A stretch of 62,979 nucleotides of DNA, filler included, from Lenisia limosa (lineage: Eukaryota; Protista; Breviatea): assembly GCA_001655205.1 (NCBI GenBank). It is 8 parts of 8 records of this genome, joined end to end, with 100 filler letters (N's around TTAATTAATTAA, not from the genome) between each part and the next. Parts side by side here need not be neighbours in the genome. Positions count along the whole stretch, not along the records: positions 45,526 to 55,596 come from LPNZ01009912.1; positions 55,697 to 62,979 come from LPNZ01006988.1; 6 more parts are not named here. One strand, given 5' to 3'. The number at the start of each line of letters is the position of its first letter. Positions within the stretch are counted from its first letter, which is position 1. Shown one piece after another: positions 48,865 through 62,883 of the stretch. The position numbers and the translations under genes are program-made. The notes beneath the pieces were generated by a model. That model did no database searches. It worked only from the letters and a program-made list of their open reading frames with translations, and was not told where the DNA came from.

Positions 48865-51800
48865 ATCCTACCACTCCACCCATCATCCCAGCTTACCACT
48901 CTCGACGTTGCTCGCGACTGCTTGTAGCACACTTGCTTCATTGTAAAGAGGACAAAGAGCACAATGGTCATTATGATGGCTACGCGGATTGCGGACGGCA
49001 GCTCTTTTGCACTAGCAAACAGATCGTCAACTACTGTTGTTGTTCTGAGGTGTGATGGAAAAATTTCGACCGTGATGAGGATTGTTGTCACGTTGGAGGA
49101 TGGAGGGATAAAGCATTTATGTGCTTCCTGGGGGGAAGGGGGGAAAATAGGAAAATTTATGAAAAAGCCCAAAATCAACTCTATTGGCTGACAACACACA
49201 AGTGATANNNNNNNNNNNNNNNNNNNNNNNNNNNNNNNNNNNNNNNNNNNNNNNNNNNNNNNNNNNNNNNTGGAAGAAAATTCAAATACACATATAAATT
49301 CTGTAATTAATAAATGGGCGAGATGATAGGGTTGAGAGAAGCAGAGTAAAAACTACAAACTGCTTCAAAGTAGGTCTATAATTCTATTTTGTTTTGATAA
49401 TGACTCTTGAGTCGATTTAGAGAAATGAGTAAAAATGCCTCCCATTCGAACCACCCCATGTTTTATTCATAAGTCTTTCTGTTCCCGTATGAAAAGACAA
49501 TGTGTTATTCAAAAGCTCAAACTAAGGCTTCACTTCGGTTCGAAAAAAAGACTGAGTTTCTCGATAAATCCTTTATAAGAGCCTCAAACCTCGTATTTGA
49601 GTTTGTATCTCCCTGAGGTGTACTCACTCCTGGAGGGGTGAAAGCTGTCCAAAAGAGAAGGGTATGAGTAAAAAAAAAACCCCCCAAAATAAACTGTTGG
49701 CTAAAACACTACGGTCCTAAAATAGACTGAATTTCTCGATAAATCCTCAATAAATATCGATATTTGACCGGTCTTTTGAGGACCGCAGGGAAGCCCTAGT
49801 TATGGCGATAGCCACTTTAACATTCAATTCCTCCCTTACCTGTTGTGCCCGCGGTTTCGGCAGTAGCGGCCTCGGGGGTCTGTGGCGTGGGTTTCGATTC
49901 GTCAGTATCAGATACTACAGAAATGAGACAATGGAAGTAGGGATACAACAGAAGTTAGACACAAAAAAGTAACATCATACTGATACTAAAAAAGTTAGAC
50001 ATTTAAATAACAGGTGAAATAGGGCTTCAGCTCAGTTTGAAAAAAGCCTGAATTTCTCGATAAATCGTCGAAAACTATTCCAGACCTGAGTGAAGCCTTA
50101 GTGAAGAAGAAGTAAAGCAGAAGTTAGAAACTAAAGTAGGATGGACCAGAAAGTATAAGAAGGTAGCATCAGACCGACACTATGTGAAATATACAAGACA
50201 TAGAGATGAGGATACAAGTGAATTAGCGGAAAATTGAAGAAGACGTACACGCATCAACATTGTAAGTAGGGCTTCACTTCGGTTCGAAAAAATTACTGAA
50301 TTTCTCGATAAATCTTCGAAAAATATCCATATTTTACCGGCTTTTTTGAACTGAAGTGTAACTCTAATGGTATGTGAACGCATTTATACGGAGATTCAAT
50401 ACCCCCCCCCCCAAGTACNNNNNNNNNNNNNNNNNNNNNNNNNNNNNNNNNNNNNNNNNNNNNNNNNNNNNNNNNNNNNNNNNNNNNNNNNNNNNNNNNN
50501 NNNNNNNNNNNNNNCTAGGGCTTCACTTTGATTCAAAAAAGACCGGTAAAATAACGATAGTTTTCGAGGATTTATCGATAAATGCAGTCTTTTTTCGAAC
50601 CGAAGTGAAACCCAAGATCCCCCTCCCACACGTCATATCCATAAACACCCCTCAAACATTGGCAAACTCCATTGACAGTGGTCTGACCCTCCGGACAGGC
50701 CACGCAACTTGGCGTTGTAGTGAATGTGCACGCGCCCTTGAGCTCAAAACCAGCCGCACATTCGGATACACAATCTGGAGTGGTTATATAAAGAGTGGGG
50801 AGGGCATATGAGTNNNNNNNNNNNNNNNNNNNNNNNNNNNNNNNNNNNNNNNNNNNNNNNNNNNNNNNNNNNNNNNNNNNNNNNNNNNNNNNNNNNNNNN
50901 NNNNNNNNNNNNNNNNNNNNNNNNNNNNNNNNNNNNNNNNNNNNNNNNNNNNNNNNNNNNNNNNNNNNNNNNNNNNNNNNNNNNNNNNNNNNNNNNNNNN
51001 NNNNNNNNNNNNNNNNNNNNNNNNNNNNNNNNNNNNNNNNNNNNNNNNNNNNNNNNNNNNNNNNTTTTCGAAGATTTGCCAAGAAATTCCGTCTTTCCCC
51101 ACCAAAGTAAAGCCCGAACACTACTCCAACCAAAGTAAAGCCCCAACCACAACCTACTTTGACACACTGCGTCCGACACTTTGTACATACCAGCCGTGCA
51201 GAATCTGCAAAGCAAGTCATGCTCAACAGCACAGGGCTGGTCTATGACCTGGGACGGCCCACAGACCAACGTACAGTCTACGTGGCGTTATGGGTGAAAA
51301 GAGAATATTTTTTTAAAAAAACAAACAACAAAAAAAGAAACAGAGTTATTGGAGGTAAAAATGAAACAAATAAGGTGGGGCTATTGGAGTTATTGGGTGG
51401 TGAAAATGACAAACTTAATGGGCGAGGGAGTAAAACGAAGGAAATTTCGATGAAGAAGAGTTATGTAAAGGGACTAATCACGAACCAAAAATCTGAAAGT
51501 CCAAGCAAACAGCGGGTTGTAAAGGGAGAAAATGGAATATTTGTGAAACAAAAAGTCCAGCAACTCTCTTGCCCCCCCCCCCCTCAAGACAACATACCCC
51601 TGAATACCACATAAATCAGCTCAAGTCCTTTTTTTTGAAAAATTAAAAATATTAAATAAACCCAGGGGCACATCAAGCCTCTAAACAGAGTATCACCCCC
51701 TCCCACTCACTTCTACAAACAGAGTCGTTTCCGCGCTCATCATTGAACGTTCCAGCGGCGCAGGTGACACAGCTGTCCGTTTCGTTGTTGTACTGCTTGC

Positions 51801-54715
51801 CGGGAGGACAGACACAGTAGGTGTGATTGAGGTTGTTGATCAGAGGCTCGGGACACTGGGGAGATTAGGCGGTGGTGAGAGAAGAATTCGGGGTGATGAT
51901 GGAAGAATTCGGGGTGATGATGGAAGAATTCGGTGTTGATTGAGGGGGGGGGGGGCTTGATTCCACNNNNNNNNNNNNNNNNNNNNNNNNNNNNNNNNNN
52001 NNNNNNNNNNNNNNNNNNNNNNNNNNNNNNNNNNNNNNNNNNNNNNNNNNNNNNNNNNNNNNNNNNNNNNNNNNNNNNNNNNNNNNNNNNNNNNATAATT
52101 TTTCGATGTACCACATATTTATTATTAGTTACACCCACCGCAGTACACCCGGTGTTGTTATAGGCCGAAATGCTGTTCCCGGGGCAAGAAGGGCACTCCA
52201 TAACGCTGATGGAGAGGGTGGTGGTTGCCGCCGTACCCGCATCGCACGGCACGCAGATGCCACTGAAGCTGTCGAAGTGCGAGTGGAGTGGGCACTTGCT
52301 GGGATGTAAATAATGTAATAAATGTATGTTTTGGATATGGCGTAATAAATGTGTGTTTGTGGGGGAGGGGGGGGGGGGNNNNNNNNNNNNNNNNNNNNNN
52401 NNNNNNNNNNNNNNNNNNNNNNNNNNNNNNNNNNNNNNNNNNNNNNNNNNNNNNNNNNNNNNNNNNNNNNNNNNNNNNNNNNNNACACGAAGGTTGAGAA
52501 CAATAAAACAAACAAAGCCCAGTCAGTCACTTCTGTAGCACCGCATTTCATCACTCCAGCATACAGAATTGGAAGCAAATAATGTTATCATCATTATCAT
52601 ACCATTTCTCATTATTTCGTATTTATCAATAGAGCTATGTACATTCCCACCACTTCTCATGATTACTCCCCTTTTAATCCCAAGGGTTTTATTAAAGCCC
52701 ACCATTTCTCGTGGCTGTTGTTATCAAGGTAACTTCCGTCCACAACATCGATCGTTGTTCCGGATGGACACTGACAAGGTTAAAAAAATGAGAGGAAAAG
52801 GTAATAAATGAAGGGAAAATGTTGAAAATAATAGGAACTGTATAAGAGTAGGAAATGTTAATAATGAAGGGAAAATGTCAAAAAAAAAAAACACGTCAAT
52901 AAATCAGAGGAAATGAATGAATGAATAATAATAATAATCACAAAAACAGTCTAAAAAGGGACAATTTCTAGAGAATAATCAAATGATCAAGAGAGAGCAA
53001 ATACTAACGTTTATACAATTCTGACCCCCCACGTTTAGACAATTCTGACCCCCCACGTTTATACAATTCTGATTGCCCTGGTCGCCTGTGTAGGTGTTGC
53101 CAAGGCACGGTTGACACGGGTTTCTCGAAATGGTGTCACTGAACTTGCCGGCTTCACAGGGTGCACAGCCGCTTCCGAGCAGGCCCTCTCCCATCGCACA
53201 TTTGCTGCGGGGAATAAACGCATAAAATAAAAAGGGGTGGGAGCTGGGAGGGGGGAGGGGTTGGACAATTTATTAAACAAAAAAGCCCAAATCAACTCGG
53301 GGGGTCCACAATACAAATTTACCCAATCATAGAATATATCTATATAGCTTGGCCAATTACGCCATTCAGCTCACCAGTCATTTTCCTCTACTGCTGGTGG
53401 AAACGTAACGAACGAAGAACTTGGGCACTGCGGAGTAAAACGTGCAACATAACATATCATCAAATCAACTTTGTTGGCTAAAACACACAAGGGTTAAAAC
53501 AAAAACAAAACAAGGAAGAACCTGGGGGAGTGTGGGCGCGTTAGGAAGGTTTTTTATGGTATCCCTATGTATTTCTTTGTTTCCTTTATTATAGCTATAC
53601 GAGCTATACTGATCTGGTATATATACATGTATATCATAGCAATGAAAAATAAAAAAAAATAATAAAAAAAAATAAGGTTCCGTCCACACCATCACGCTTC
53701 TAAGAGATATTCGATTATAGCAGAATATTAATTCACCCAATCATTTGCCTTTCAACTCTGTAGTATGATATATGATAGATATATTATATATAGTATATTA
53801 ATTATATAGACCACTCCCACTATGGTGCAAGTTTCCTGTCCCGAAAGAGCCTGGTAGTAAGGCGAAGGACATGGGTCACAGAAGCTATCGCCAATGTAGT
53901 CTTTGAAGTAACCAGGAAAACAATGGTCACAACGCGTGCCGTTCTTGAACCGGCCTTTATCGCAGATGCTACGAAAGAATAAGGGCGATTGGTTGGGGTA
54001 TTAGAAACTACTTAGGGCTGGGTCTATTGATTGTGGTGTTAATGCTGGGAGATGAGGGAGGAGGGCGGTACCTTAAGTCTTCACAAAATCCCCACATACA
54101 TGTATGTATAGCAATGAGAAATAAAATAAAAACAAGGCTGAAGCCGTCCACACCATAACGCTAATAGAGATATTGAATTAATTAGCATTATATTAATTTA
54201 CCCAATCATTTGCTTTACAGCTCTGTGCACACAGCTTTCTGCGTCGCCCCACATACTCTTTTTACATGCACCAATAGTTACATGTGGTTAACAATATTAT
54301 TATTTGTACAACGCAGCTGCCCGCGTAGCAACCGGCCAAGAGCCCTCTAACCAGTCGCCAATGTCATCGTGATATGCGAAGTTGGTGTTTGCAATAGTCG
54401 TGTGGCCGTCCGGACACTACAGCGGGTGAATAATTGCAAAGTCATAGAAACCTCATATCACTACATCAACCCAGAAAATAAATACAACCCCCCCCCCACA
54501 GAGGTACAAACGACAGACCCAGACGAGCTTGTAAACAGTCCGGTGCCGCATGCAATACACTGCGCGTCGACGTAATATGAGGAATCCTGATACGATCCGG
54601 CTGGGCATTCGGTGCATGTTGAGAGCGTGGTGGGTGTGCATGTGCCCCCCAGGAAGTTTCCCGTGCCGCAGGAAAGGTGGCATTCTGGGGTGAAGGTGGG
54701 GGTGTAAATCGTGAC
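48865..54715 (-). CDS. Cys-rich (GCC2/GCC3, ephrin-receptor-like/TNFR-like repeat) type I membrane protein
   Basis: At least ten exons carry CxxCxxGxF/Y repeats (CTECPAGSYQ, CDHCFPGYFKDYIGDSFCDPC, CAPCEAGKFSD..CQPCLGNTYT, CVTCAAGTFND, CVACPEGQTT). They are followed by a Thr/Pro stalk and a TM segment IRVAIIMTIVLFVLFTM (about 48990-48935). Confidence 0.8.
53007..53072 (-). repeat. 24-bp tandem triplication spanning a splice donor
   Basis: Minus-strand unit cagaattgt(a/c)taaac|gtggggggt, about 3 copies. Confidence 0.85.
54110..54260 (-). repeat. Intronic repeat family E
   Basis: GCAGAAAGCTGTGT(G/A)CACAGAG..GCAAATGATTGGGT(G/A)AATTAATAT..AATATCTCT..TAGCGT(G/T)ATGGTGTGGACGGC..CCTTGTTTT..TTTCTCAT. 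Copies near 13285, 19585, 25820 and 26790 (+), and 53640 (-). Confidence 0.82.
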
Positions 54716-55596
54716 AATTATGAAACAACAAAAGCCAAAATCAACTCTGTTGGTTAACAACACAGGAGGATTGCGAGAGTAAATGGGAAATGTATGAAAC
54801 AAACAAGCCTCCACCAACACCCCGATTTATGAAAAACAATACAAGCAAACTCTGTTGGCTAGTAATTAAAAGGGAAAATCAGTAAATGGGGGAGAGGACG
54901 GGTCAAAGGTGACATTTTACACCAATAATTATGACACATTTCATATCCTGTTAAAATAAAGCCCGCCAAATAACCCCCCAAAAAAGCCTACCCATCATGA
55001 CCCGGAATGTGAGTACCTGGTTGGTACCCGGGTTCCCAACATAGAGCCTAGAGGGTCAGGGAGGAGGGAGATGAGGAAGTAAATTAATATTGTTGATTGT
55101 ACAGAAGCACAAATTGAGAAATTTTGGTTCGGCTATAACCGAATGGAACCGAATTGAAGCCCTCCTTGCAAGAGGTAAGTTTTGCAAAAAAACATTTAGG
55201 TAAAAGTCAGGAGGACCCAAGACAAAAGATATTGATAATGCGATATGGACCCGACCGCGATAAGTCCTGAGACAGGTTTTGAGCTTATCTTTTGTCAATC
55301 GGACTTATCGCGGTCACTGCAGTAGCCATATTGATAAAAGAATATGACAGTATAATAATTATGCATGGACAGACTCTCCGGCGATATTTAACCTGGGTAT
55401 TTCAGGCCGAAGTGAAGATGTGGTCAAATGATCACAAGTAGTACGGCCTAATTATAGTCTTAAAATAATCATGTATGGTACAAAGTCCCACTTCTCCTGC
55501 TTAATATTGGTATTTCACCTGTCTATTTCGGGCAGAAAGGAAAATGAAACTCTAGTTAATATGGATCAATATGGTTAAGGTCCCCCCCCCCCCCCC

Positions 55597-55696
55597 NNNN
55601 NNNNNNNNNNNNNNNNNNNNNNNNNNNNNNNNNNNNNNNNTTAATTAATTAANNNNNNNNNNNNNNNNNNNNNNNNNNNNNNNNNNNNNNNNNNNN
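55597..55696. other. Artificial scaffold spacer 7
   Basis: N44-TTAATTAATTAA(55641-55652)-N44. Confidence 0.97.
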
Positions 55697-55974
55697 GAGC
55701 CCCGGGAGAATACCCCCCCCCCTATCCCTCTTATCATCACCCTCCAACTTTCAGGGTTTTTATTAGGACTCCTTGCAATTGAAGGAAAAAATAATTGCAA
55801 AATTTGAAGTGGGACATAGTGTAACCAGAACCTCTTTATAGACAATTTAATTTCTAATTATGCCAATTGATTTCTTCACAATTAATTAAACGGAGCACTA
55901 GTTTTTAGACTTCAACACCCCTCCAACTACCCCCCCTTCTCCACTTCAAATTTCACCGCTTCCAGCTTATCATC

Positions 55975-56490
55975 AATACCATACCCACTTTGAGCGTTTC
56001 CAGCTCCTCCTGTAGGAGTTGCACCTCCTCCTTTTCGAGATCTAACTGGTACTCCAGGGACTCAACCTGGTGGGAAGGAGTCAATATGAGAGTGAGTGAG
56101 AGAGCGAGTGTGTGTGGCGGAGTGAACAATGGAATATTTATGAAACAATAAAAACCCATACGAGGTTAAAAACAACAAAACAAATAAACGTGGAGTGGGG
56201 GAGGGGGGGGGTAAACGAAGGCATTTGATGGAGAATATTGGCGTAAAGGTACTAATCACGAACTGGGGGGGTGGGTGATAGGTGAGGNNNNNNNNNNNNN
56301 NNNNNNNNNNNNNNNNNNNNNNNNNNNNNNNNNNNNNNNNNNNNNNNNNNNNNNNNNNNNNNCAAAGCAACTCTGTTGGATGACAACACACAAGGGTTGA
56401 AAACAACAAAACAAACAAAGCCCAGCCCCCTGGCATACCAGTCGAGGGTCTGACATTTCGAGAGAATTTAGACCTCCTGGAGGGGAGTAA
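55975..56490 (-). CDS. Hypothetical coiled-coil protein exons
   Basis: Exon 56065-55975 reads VESLEYQLDLEKEEVQLLQEELETLK (heptad pattern), and an upstream exon reads PPGGLNSLEMSDPRL. Further probable minus-strand exons extend to about 59900. Confidence 0.35.
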
Positions 56491-59400
56491 AGTCTAGGTT
56501 GGTGACTGAATTACCTAGACCGAAAAAATATCGATATTTATCAAGGATTTATCGAAAATTCAGTCATTTTTGGAATCGAAAGTGAAGCTCTATTTTGTAC
56601 AATTAATTATTTGAAGAAATTAATTGACAAAAAAGAGAAATTAAAGTGTCTGAAAAGGGGTTCTGGTTACATAACACTTCAAATGTTGCAATTATTTTTT
56701 CCTTCACGGAGCCCTACTGAGTATTAAAAATGGCCCCACTGCATCTTCGGAAATACAAAAAGCGATGAGAAATAAAACAAGGTAATACCTTGAGCTTCTC
56801 AGCTAGTTTACGTCATCATTCTGCCCGATATTTATTCCCCTTAGATAGTGTTTGGCCAAAAAAAACGACGACAGCCCCACCAACAGATACCCACGTAAAC
56901 CTATGAGGAGTATAGATTGGGAGTATATATGTATACATATAGATAAAAGAAAATAATACGACGAAAATACTATCAATGCGTATTTATAAACATTCATAAA
57001 TGGGAAACTCTCAAGAGCCCCCCAACCTCCCCTTCAAGGCGCCATTTTTCCATTCACTCGAGGCCAAAGTGCTTCTTCAGTTCTTCAATAGGCTTACTTT
57101 GTATGCTCTTCTCCTTGGTGGTTTATACTTAAAGCTCAAAGAGTATCAGGGGAGGAGAAGTCGGGTGTTGAGTTTTTCGCTGTTTGGTGGGGCTTTGGGG
57201 CACTCAAATAAGTCAAACGGAAGAAGGGAGCTGGAAGGGGGTGAAATCAAAGAGAAAGGGCTGAACTACGGGAATGGCGGATATACTGCCCGTNNNNNNN
57301 NNNNNNNNNNNNNNNNNNNNNNNNNNNNNNNNNNNNNNNNNNNNNNNNNNNNNNNNNNNNNNNNNNNNNNNNNNNNNNNNNNNNNNNNNCTGGTAAAAAA
57401 GGCAAAAAGTAAAACGGGCCGGATTGACCCAGAACTGCTGGGAAACTGTTGTAACAAATGCAATAAAAATGTAATCCCTTGTCTTTTTGTTGTGCTTTTG
57501 TTGATTGTTGATTCTCTATTGCTGTGAAAAAAAGAAAAAGCAATAGACAATAAGCACCGGGCGTTCATGATTTGCTGGTGCAAAGATAACTCCCTCATCC
57601 CATCACCGTCAGTCATAGCATTACTGGCTCGTGTCGCTTGTGAACACGCTTGTGTACAGATACGAAAGGGTATATGGTATATCATATTACAATCATATTA
57701 ATTATTAAATATAAAACCTGTGTGTCTGTATGTCTTTCATACTCCATCATTGTCTATCAACATAGTATTAGTATTTTACTATATTATCTTATATAATACA
57801 AATGACTGCTATGGTTCATAATCCATTATCTACCAATTAGTTATCGCTCATCTTATGTCATTTAATCATTAGCCTCGAACAAGGGAGAATCTTCAATAAA
57901 TAGACACATCAACCTACGATAACAACCGAATACAAATACAAACAAAAATACAACCTAAAACAAAAACAGAGGCGATATTCGACTAGTAACCCTCTCTACA
58001 TGAGTTGTGACCATATTGTGAAGAATCATAGTGGGACGGACTTGGCCGTCTCAACGTAGACTCCAGGCCAGCTGTGGACTCTAAACGAGCCATCATTTCC
58101 CTATTTGGTAAGAGGGGGGTAGACAAAAGAGTTTCTGAGTTGGTTAGAATATTAGCAAAAACTTTACTTAAAGTATGTGGGGAGAAGACAAACACTACCC
58201 CCTTTTGGTAAGTATGCTGTTATGCTTGTACCCAGATAAAATATGTTGAAAACTTTTAATAAGTATGACTAGCTCACAGTGGAATGTCCAAATGCGTGTT
58301 ATTTGCCCATTCTCTCCGCTCATCGTTGCTGCAAAGTGAAAAGGATAAAAAAAACGTAAGAGTATATCATATTCTATATGCTGCGGCGCCAAAACTCCAA
58401 TTTTTTTAATAAACTCCAAATTTTATTTTCCCAACATAGTTTGTCAATTCTGCTACTAACTGTCTTCGAATCTCTTTGGGAAAAGCACTATTAAATGCAA
58501 GTTATTAGTGTGGCATAAAGGGTAAGATTTTGGTTGTAATTAAGTGCTTCATCCCTTCAAAGGTTGGGAAAGATCTTGTTATCCTGGATGCCAATTTGTT
58601 GAGCGCCTACAAAATATATGTTACTGGAAATACCATACTTGGGTATCCCGAGTTGTGTCGTATGAGAGAGTCAGAATATAAAAATCAACAACCAAAAGAA
58701 GATAATAATATTAATATGATATTGAATACAACAAAAAGGAGTGAATTGTAAGAAGAATCATGGGTTCAAATTCTGATGAGGTGCAAATAAGAAGCTATTA
58801 AGTATTCGGCTCAGAAAAGACACAATCATCACGTTTATATTGTATAAAACTCTAAAAATAGAAACAACAACAGCAAAAAAACAAAAACAATATTGTATTC
58901 CTCTGTATATTTGTATTCCCAACAATTTTTATTATTTTATTGCTCACAGATCCAACTTCCAAAACCCACGTAAACTCATCTTGATAGCCAATAGAAAGGT
59001 GGTTCATTGACTTATTGAGTGTTGTTGTGGAGTGAGCGGCGTGAGGTGGTCGCACAGAGGAGTGGGATGCCTGGAATGTAACAGTTTTGGAGCAAAACGG
59101 GGGCGGGGTGTAATAGAAGAGGGGGTAATAAGAGTAGCCAAGATGCTGTGGTGGTAGATATGAGCGAGCCAACGCTAAGGATTCTCAACCACATCCACTC
59201 GTCTCTTATATGAAGAAAAGTAATGATAAATGAAAACTCAAGTGAGCCATAATATGCGGATGCACAAACTGTGTAAAACAGAGAATTGGCCTCACTCTAT
59301 CATCAGTGTCAATTGTACTGTTCATTCGAATGGATTTGCTGCTTTCTTTTCTGACAGCTTCGGCACTCTAAGATGTAAGGGTAAATATTACATCTCTGTA

Positions 59401-62400
59401 GCAAATAAAAAAACTCTTTAAAAAACCAGATATTAGAAAAATGATTCAAAAAGTACTGAACCAATTTTAAAAGATATGATATGATAAAGATGGACTGCAA
59501 ATAATAAGTCCCCAATATGTTTTTTAAAAAATAACAAATGAACCAAAAGTTTGCGAAGTTTTAAATCAAATTAAGATTTGATTAAAGTTGAAGTGTGGTG
59601 GAGAACAGCAACTTGTTCTGACGACACCACCCATGTATGTGTGTACGCTACTAGGAATGTTCTATCGAGATTTGGGTTTGTTTATCCAATTCAGCTGCTT
59701 TCTGGAAGCATCTTGTCAATTTGCCAAAATGTCTACCACAATCAGTTCATCATCCCTCCGATTGGTAATTTATTGAATACAACGGTTACCAAAAACGTTA
59801 GTTTCCTTATTTTCAAATACACCCGATATGCATTTCAAGGTTGACATTTTAAAGACTAATCGCATTCCACCTACTGGCACCAAAGCGCCCAGCACGTCTC
59901 GAAATGCTGCGTCCTCAGGGTGAATTACTTTGCCTGATTCTCAGAGGAAGCTTCTGGGAAAGAGAATGTTTGTTTACCCCCCCCCCCTCCCCTCCCTTCC
60001 CTATTCTTTCTTTTCATCATTCTGTTTCCGAGTTTTTCTCTTCTACTCTTTAAATCAAATAACCTGAATGATTACATGCAACCTATTTAGTGGTAACTAG
60101 AATTGTAGTGTTCCCTCTTGGTTCCCTCCGTCAAATGCTGATCTACACCATCCTGGGCAACTGAAATCCCCCTAATTAATCCGCTCCACAGTAGTAGTGC
60201 AGTGACTGCCATAACCCGTACCGTGCGAAGCAATATGTTAGCAGAAACATGCTTAAAAGGGTAATTACTTACAGCTTTTTTGTAGCACAAGGACCCAGTG
60301 TTTCTAACGTTGTCATACATGTATGTATATATTGTTAAATTCATTGTCATCATTCCAATTGTATTTGGCATTCTTCAAAAGACTCTTTGGAGAAAGAGAG
60401 GTCGCTGACGAACCCATGCTATTGATTTCATTCCATGGGTCGTGCATTTCCTTATTCTATAATATTTCTTGAAACAACTTTCTTGTATTTGCACTTCTTC
60501 TTTTTCCCTTAAGCAACTCTTATCCCACCACAATTACACACACAACAGTCAAGTAAATACAATCAATACTCTTATTATTTGAAGATGGGTCAACTTAACG
60601 TCGAATATTTTGATCAACTCGATGCATTGTTTTTCATACTATTTTCATAGTTGATATTCATGTTATTGCAGAGTATTTGTGATTGCATTGATTATTCCTT
60701 TTGAAAACAAACACTACCTTTGGACTGTTGTGTTCTTATGATTCGTTTTAGAGCAATTGCACTGTCGTCCTCAAGGGAGGCTGCGTCATCGTAGGCATTG
60801 AGTTAAGTTGTAATGTATGATATATATTAAGCAAAAGTATACATAACCTAATAACTTCACCGGAGACTGTACCACATATGATAACCTCAACCTTAGTTTT
60901 CTGCTATTCGGGACCTTCCAGAACTAAAACAGTTCGTTTCTTATCAATTTTCGGTTTTATGGTGTTTGAAAATACTGTGTGTTTTGTGCATGTGTCTCTA
61001 TTGTGCTCATTATGAATAAATGTGAAATAAACGTGTATAGATATGTCTTCAATCCATTATTTCATACTTGGAAAGTGCTTTTTTGATCTTATTTACCAAG
61101 GTCGTAAAACAACTTATTATCGTCTTCTATATTCCATTTAGGATGACGATAAATCCAGTGGCGTTAGGGCGCGTACTTTCACGTGCCGGAGTGGAAAACC
61201 GGTAAACCAATGCTACTATGTTTTATACTCGCTATTGCTGACTGCCTATGTTAAATTAAACGCTTATTTACCGTAGCTAAGGGTAATAAGCGTGTCTACT
61301 ATGTCAGACACGTCTCGAAATCCGTAACGGTGATGATTTCTATGAAATGAGGTGGTGCTGGAAGATGCTCCTCCTGCTGCCAAGACTGCTCATGAGGACA
61401 CCCTCTTTCAGGAGTGCCTGAGTGGGACGAAGCAACTGTGGAGAGATCGCTTAATGGATGCCCAAGATAACACCTTCTTTTCGATGTGAAAGGACTCGGC
61501 GCCGCGCTTGATGACAAGATGGGATTGTCAACTTGGGGATCTTCTTGATGCGTATTACAGTCATTCTTATGAATTTTCTCTCGATATGCCATTTCACCTG
61601 TGCAGAATCTCTTCACTTACAGCCGGAAACAAGGTGCTGCGCTGATATCTTCAACAGCAGTGTCGCAGAGAATGCACAAAGGGGCTTACTGGGAACAAGA
61701 ACATTTATAAATGTAATGCCAACTTGAGACATGTGTCTAAGCGGGCTCTGTGAGAGGTTTCATAGGAATTTAATACCATTTTCTCATTTTTCGATAGTGA
61801 TCTCCACCACCAATCATTTGTGGCTTGATTGAGAATAAAGAGAATTTTTTGTCACCATTAAAGATATATGCTGCTGAACGAGAAAATGTGCTTTCTGCAA
61901 AGTGAAGAATCGATTGTTCATTTAGTCCGAAATTTCAAGGCAAATGAAAATATACAAGAGGGCACCTCACAATCATATCTTTATTTGTTTTTACCCTTGT
62001 CATTTCTGAGATGCAAATAGACAATCATAAAAAAACCAGAAGACTACTCTTGTTTTAGAAAATGAAATTTCAAAAAAGTAGGCCCCTTTTAAAACGACCC
62101 AAAAGATAATCGAAATAAAAAGGAGCAGATAATAAATTCAGAAATTTCAATAATTGTCCCCCTTTAAGAATGGAGTAGAGAAGGAGGGGGAGAGGGAAGG
62201 AATGTAAGAAATTTGAACACTTCAAAAAAATAAACAGTCATGGTAAAAACTAATAATTACTATCCCCAAAAACCAACAATCACTGCTACCCTCCCCCCAC
62301 TTTAAACTGTCTCTCTTCAAAGAGTCGCATTACTTCACGACAAGACTGAACGTTCCTGCCATAGTTAGGGTTTCCCTACGGTCGGAAAACGACTGGTGAA

Positions 62401-62619
62401 ATATGGATATTTATCGAGGAATATTTAAAAATTCATTCTGTTACTATGGACCATAGTAAGCCCTCGTTATTGATCAAAAGACCAATCTGGACCATAATAT
62501 AGTTTGCTCTTTTCTTTTATAAATAAACATTCTACAAGGGCTTCACTTCGGGACTAAAAAGACTGGTAAAATATCGATAGTTATCGTGATTTTATTGGGA
62601 ATTCAGTCTCGGGAGTGTT

Positions 62620-62883
62620 TCACAAAATTCCGAGAAAAACATCCTGCTGCGCAATTCCCGCCCTACTCGAATACTTGATTTGGCAGATCATGACTGTTCT
62701 AAAAAATGAGAACAGACTACTCCAAGAAGTTTCTTGGAACATAATGAGACTCTTTTTTTACTCTTTCAAGACCGTCACCCAATTCCCGCGCACGATTTCC
62801 GCCCCGTCCTCGAGGGAGGCGAAGTATCGGTCCAAGTCCTTGCCTAAGCGGTCTACTGCGGCCGAAGCCTGGCGCATGGAACT
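62620..62883 (-). CDS. Hypothetical gene, 3' exons
   Basis: The exon from 62883 (SSMRQASAAVDRLGKDLDRYFASLEDGAEIVRGNWVTVLKE) follows a polyC-AG acceptor. A probable last exon reads VMICQIKYSSRAGIAQQDVFLGIL*. Confidence 0.3.

Noticed and set aside
19716-55652. Seven identical TTAATTAATTAA palindromes as a biological repeat or array
   Set aside because: Each is centred in exactly 44+44 N and has stops in six frames, so it is an assembly spacer. Adjacency across these spacers, including the apparent P-pogo-hAT cluster across 33164-33263, has no biological meaning.
61299-61960. Possible gene or integrase relic
   Set aside because: Every frame has several stops, and no motif or splice pattern could be supported.
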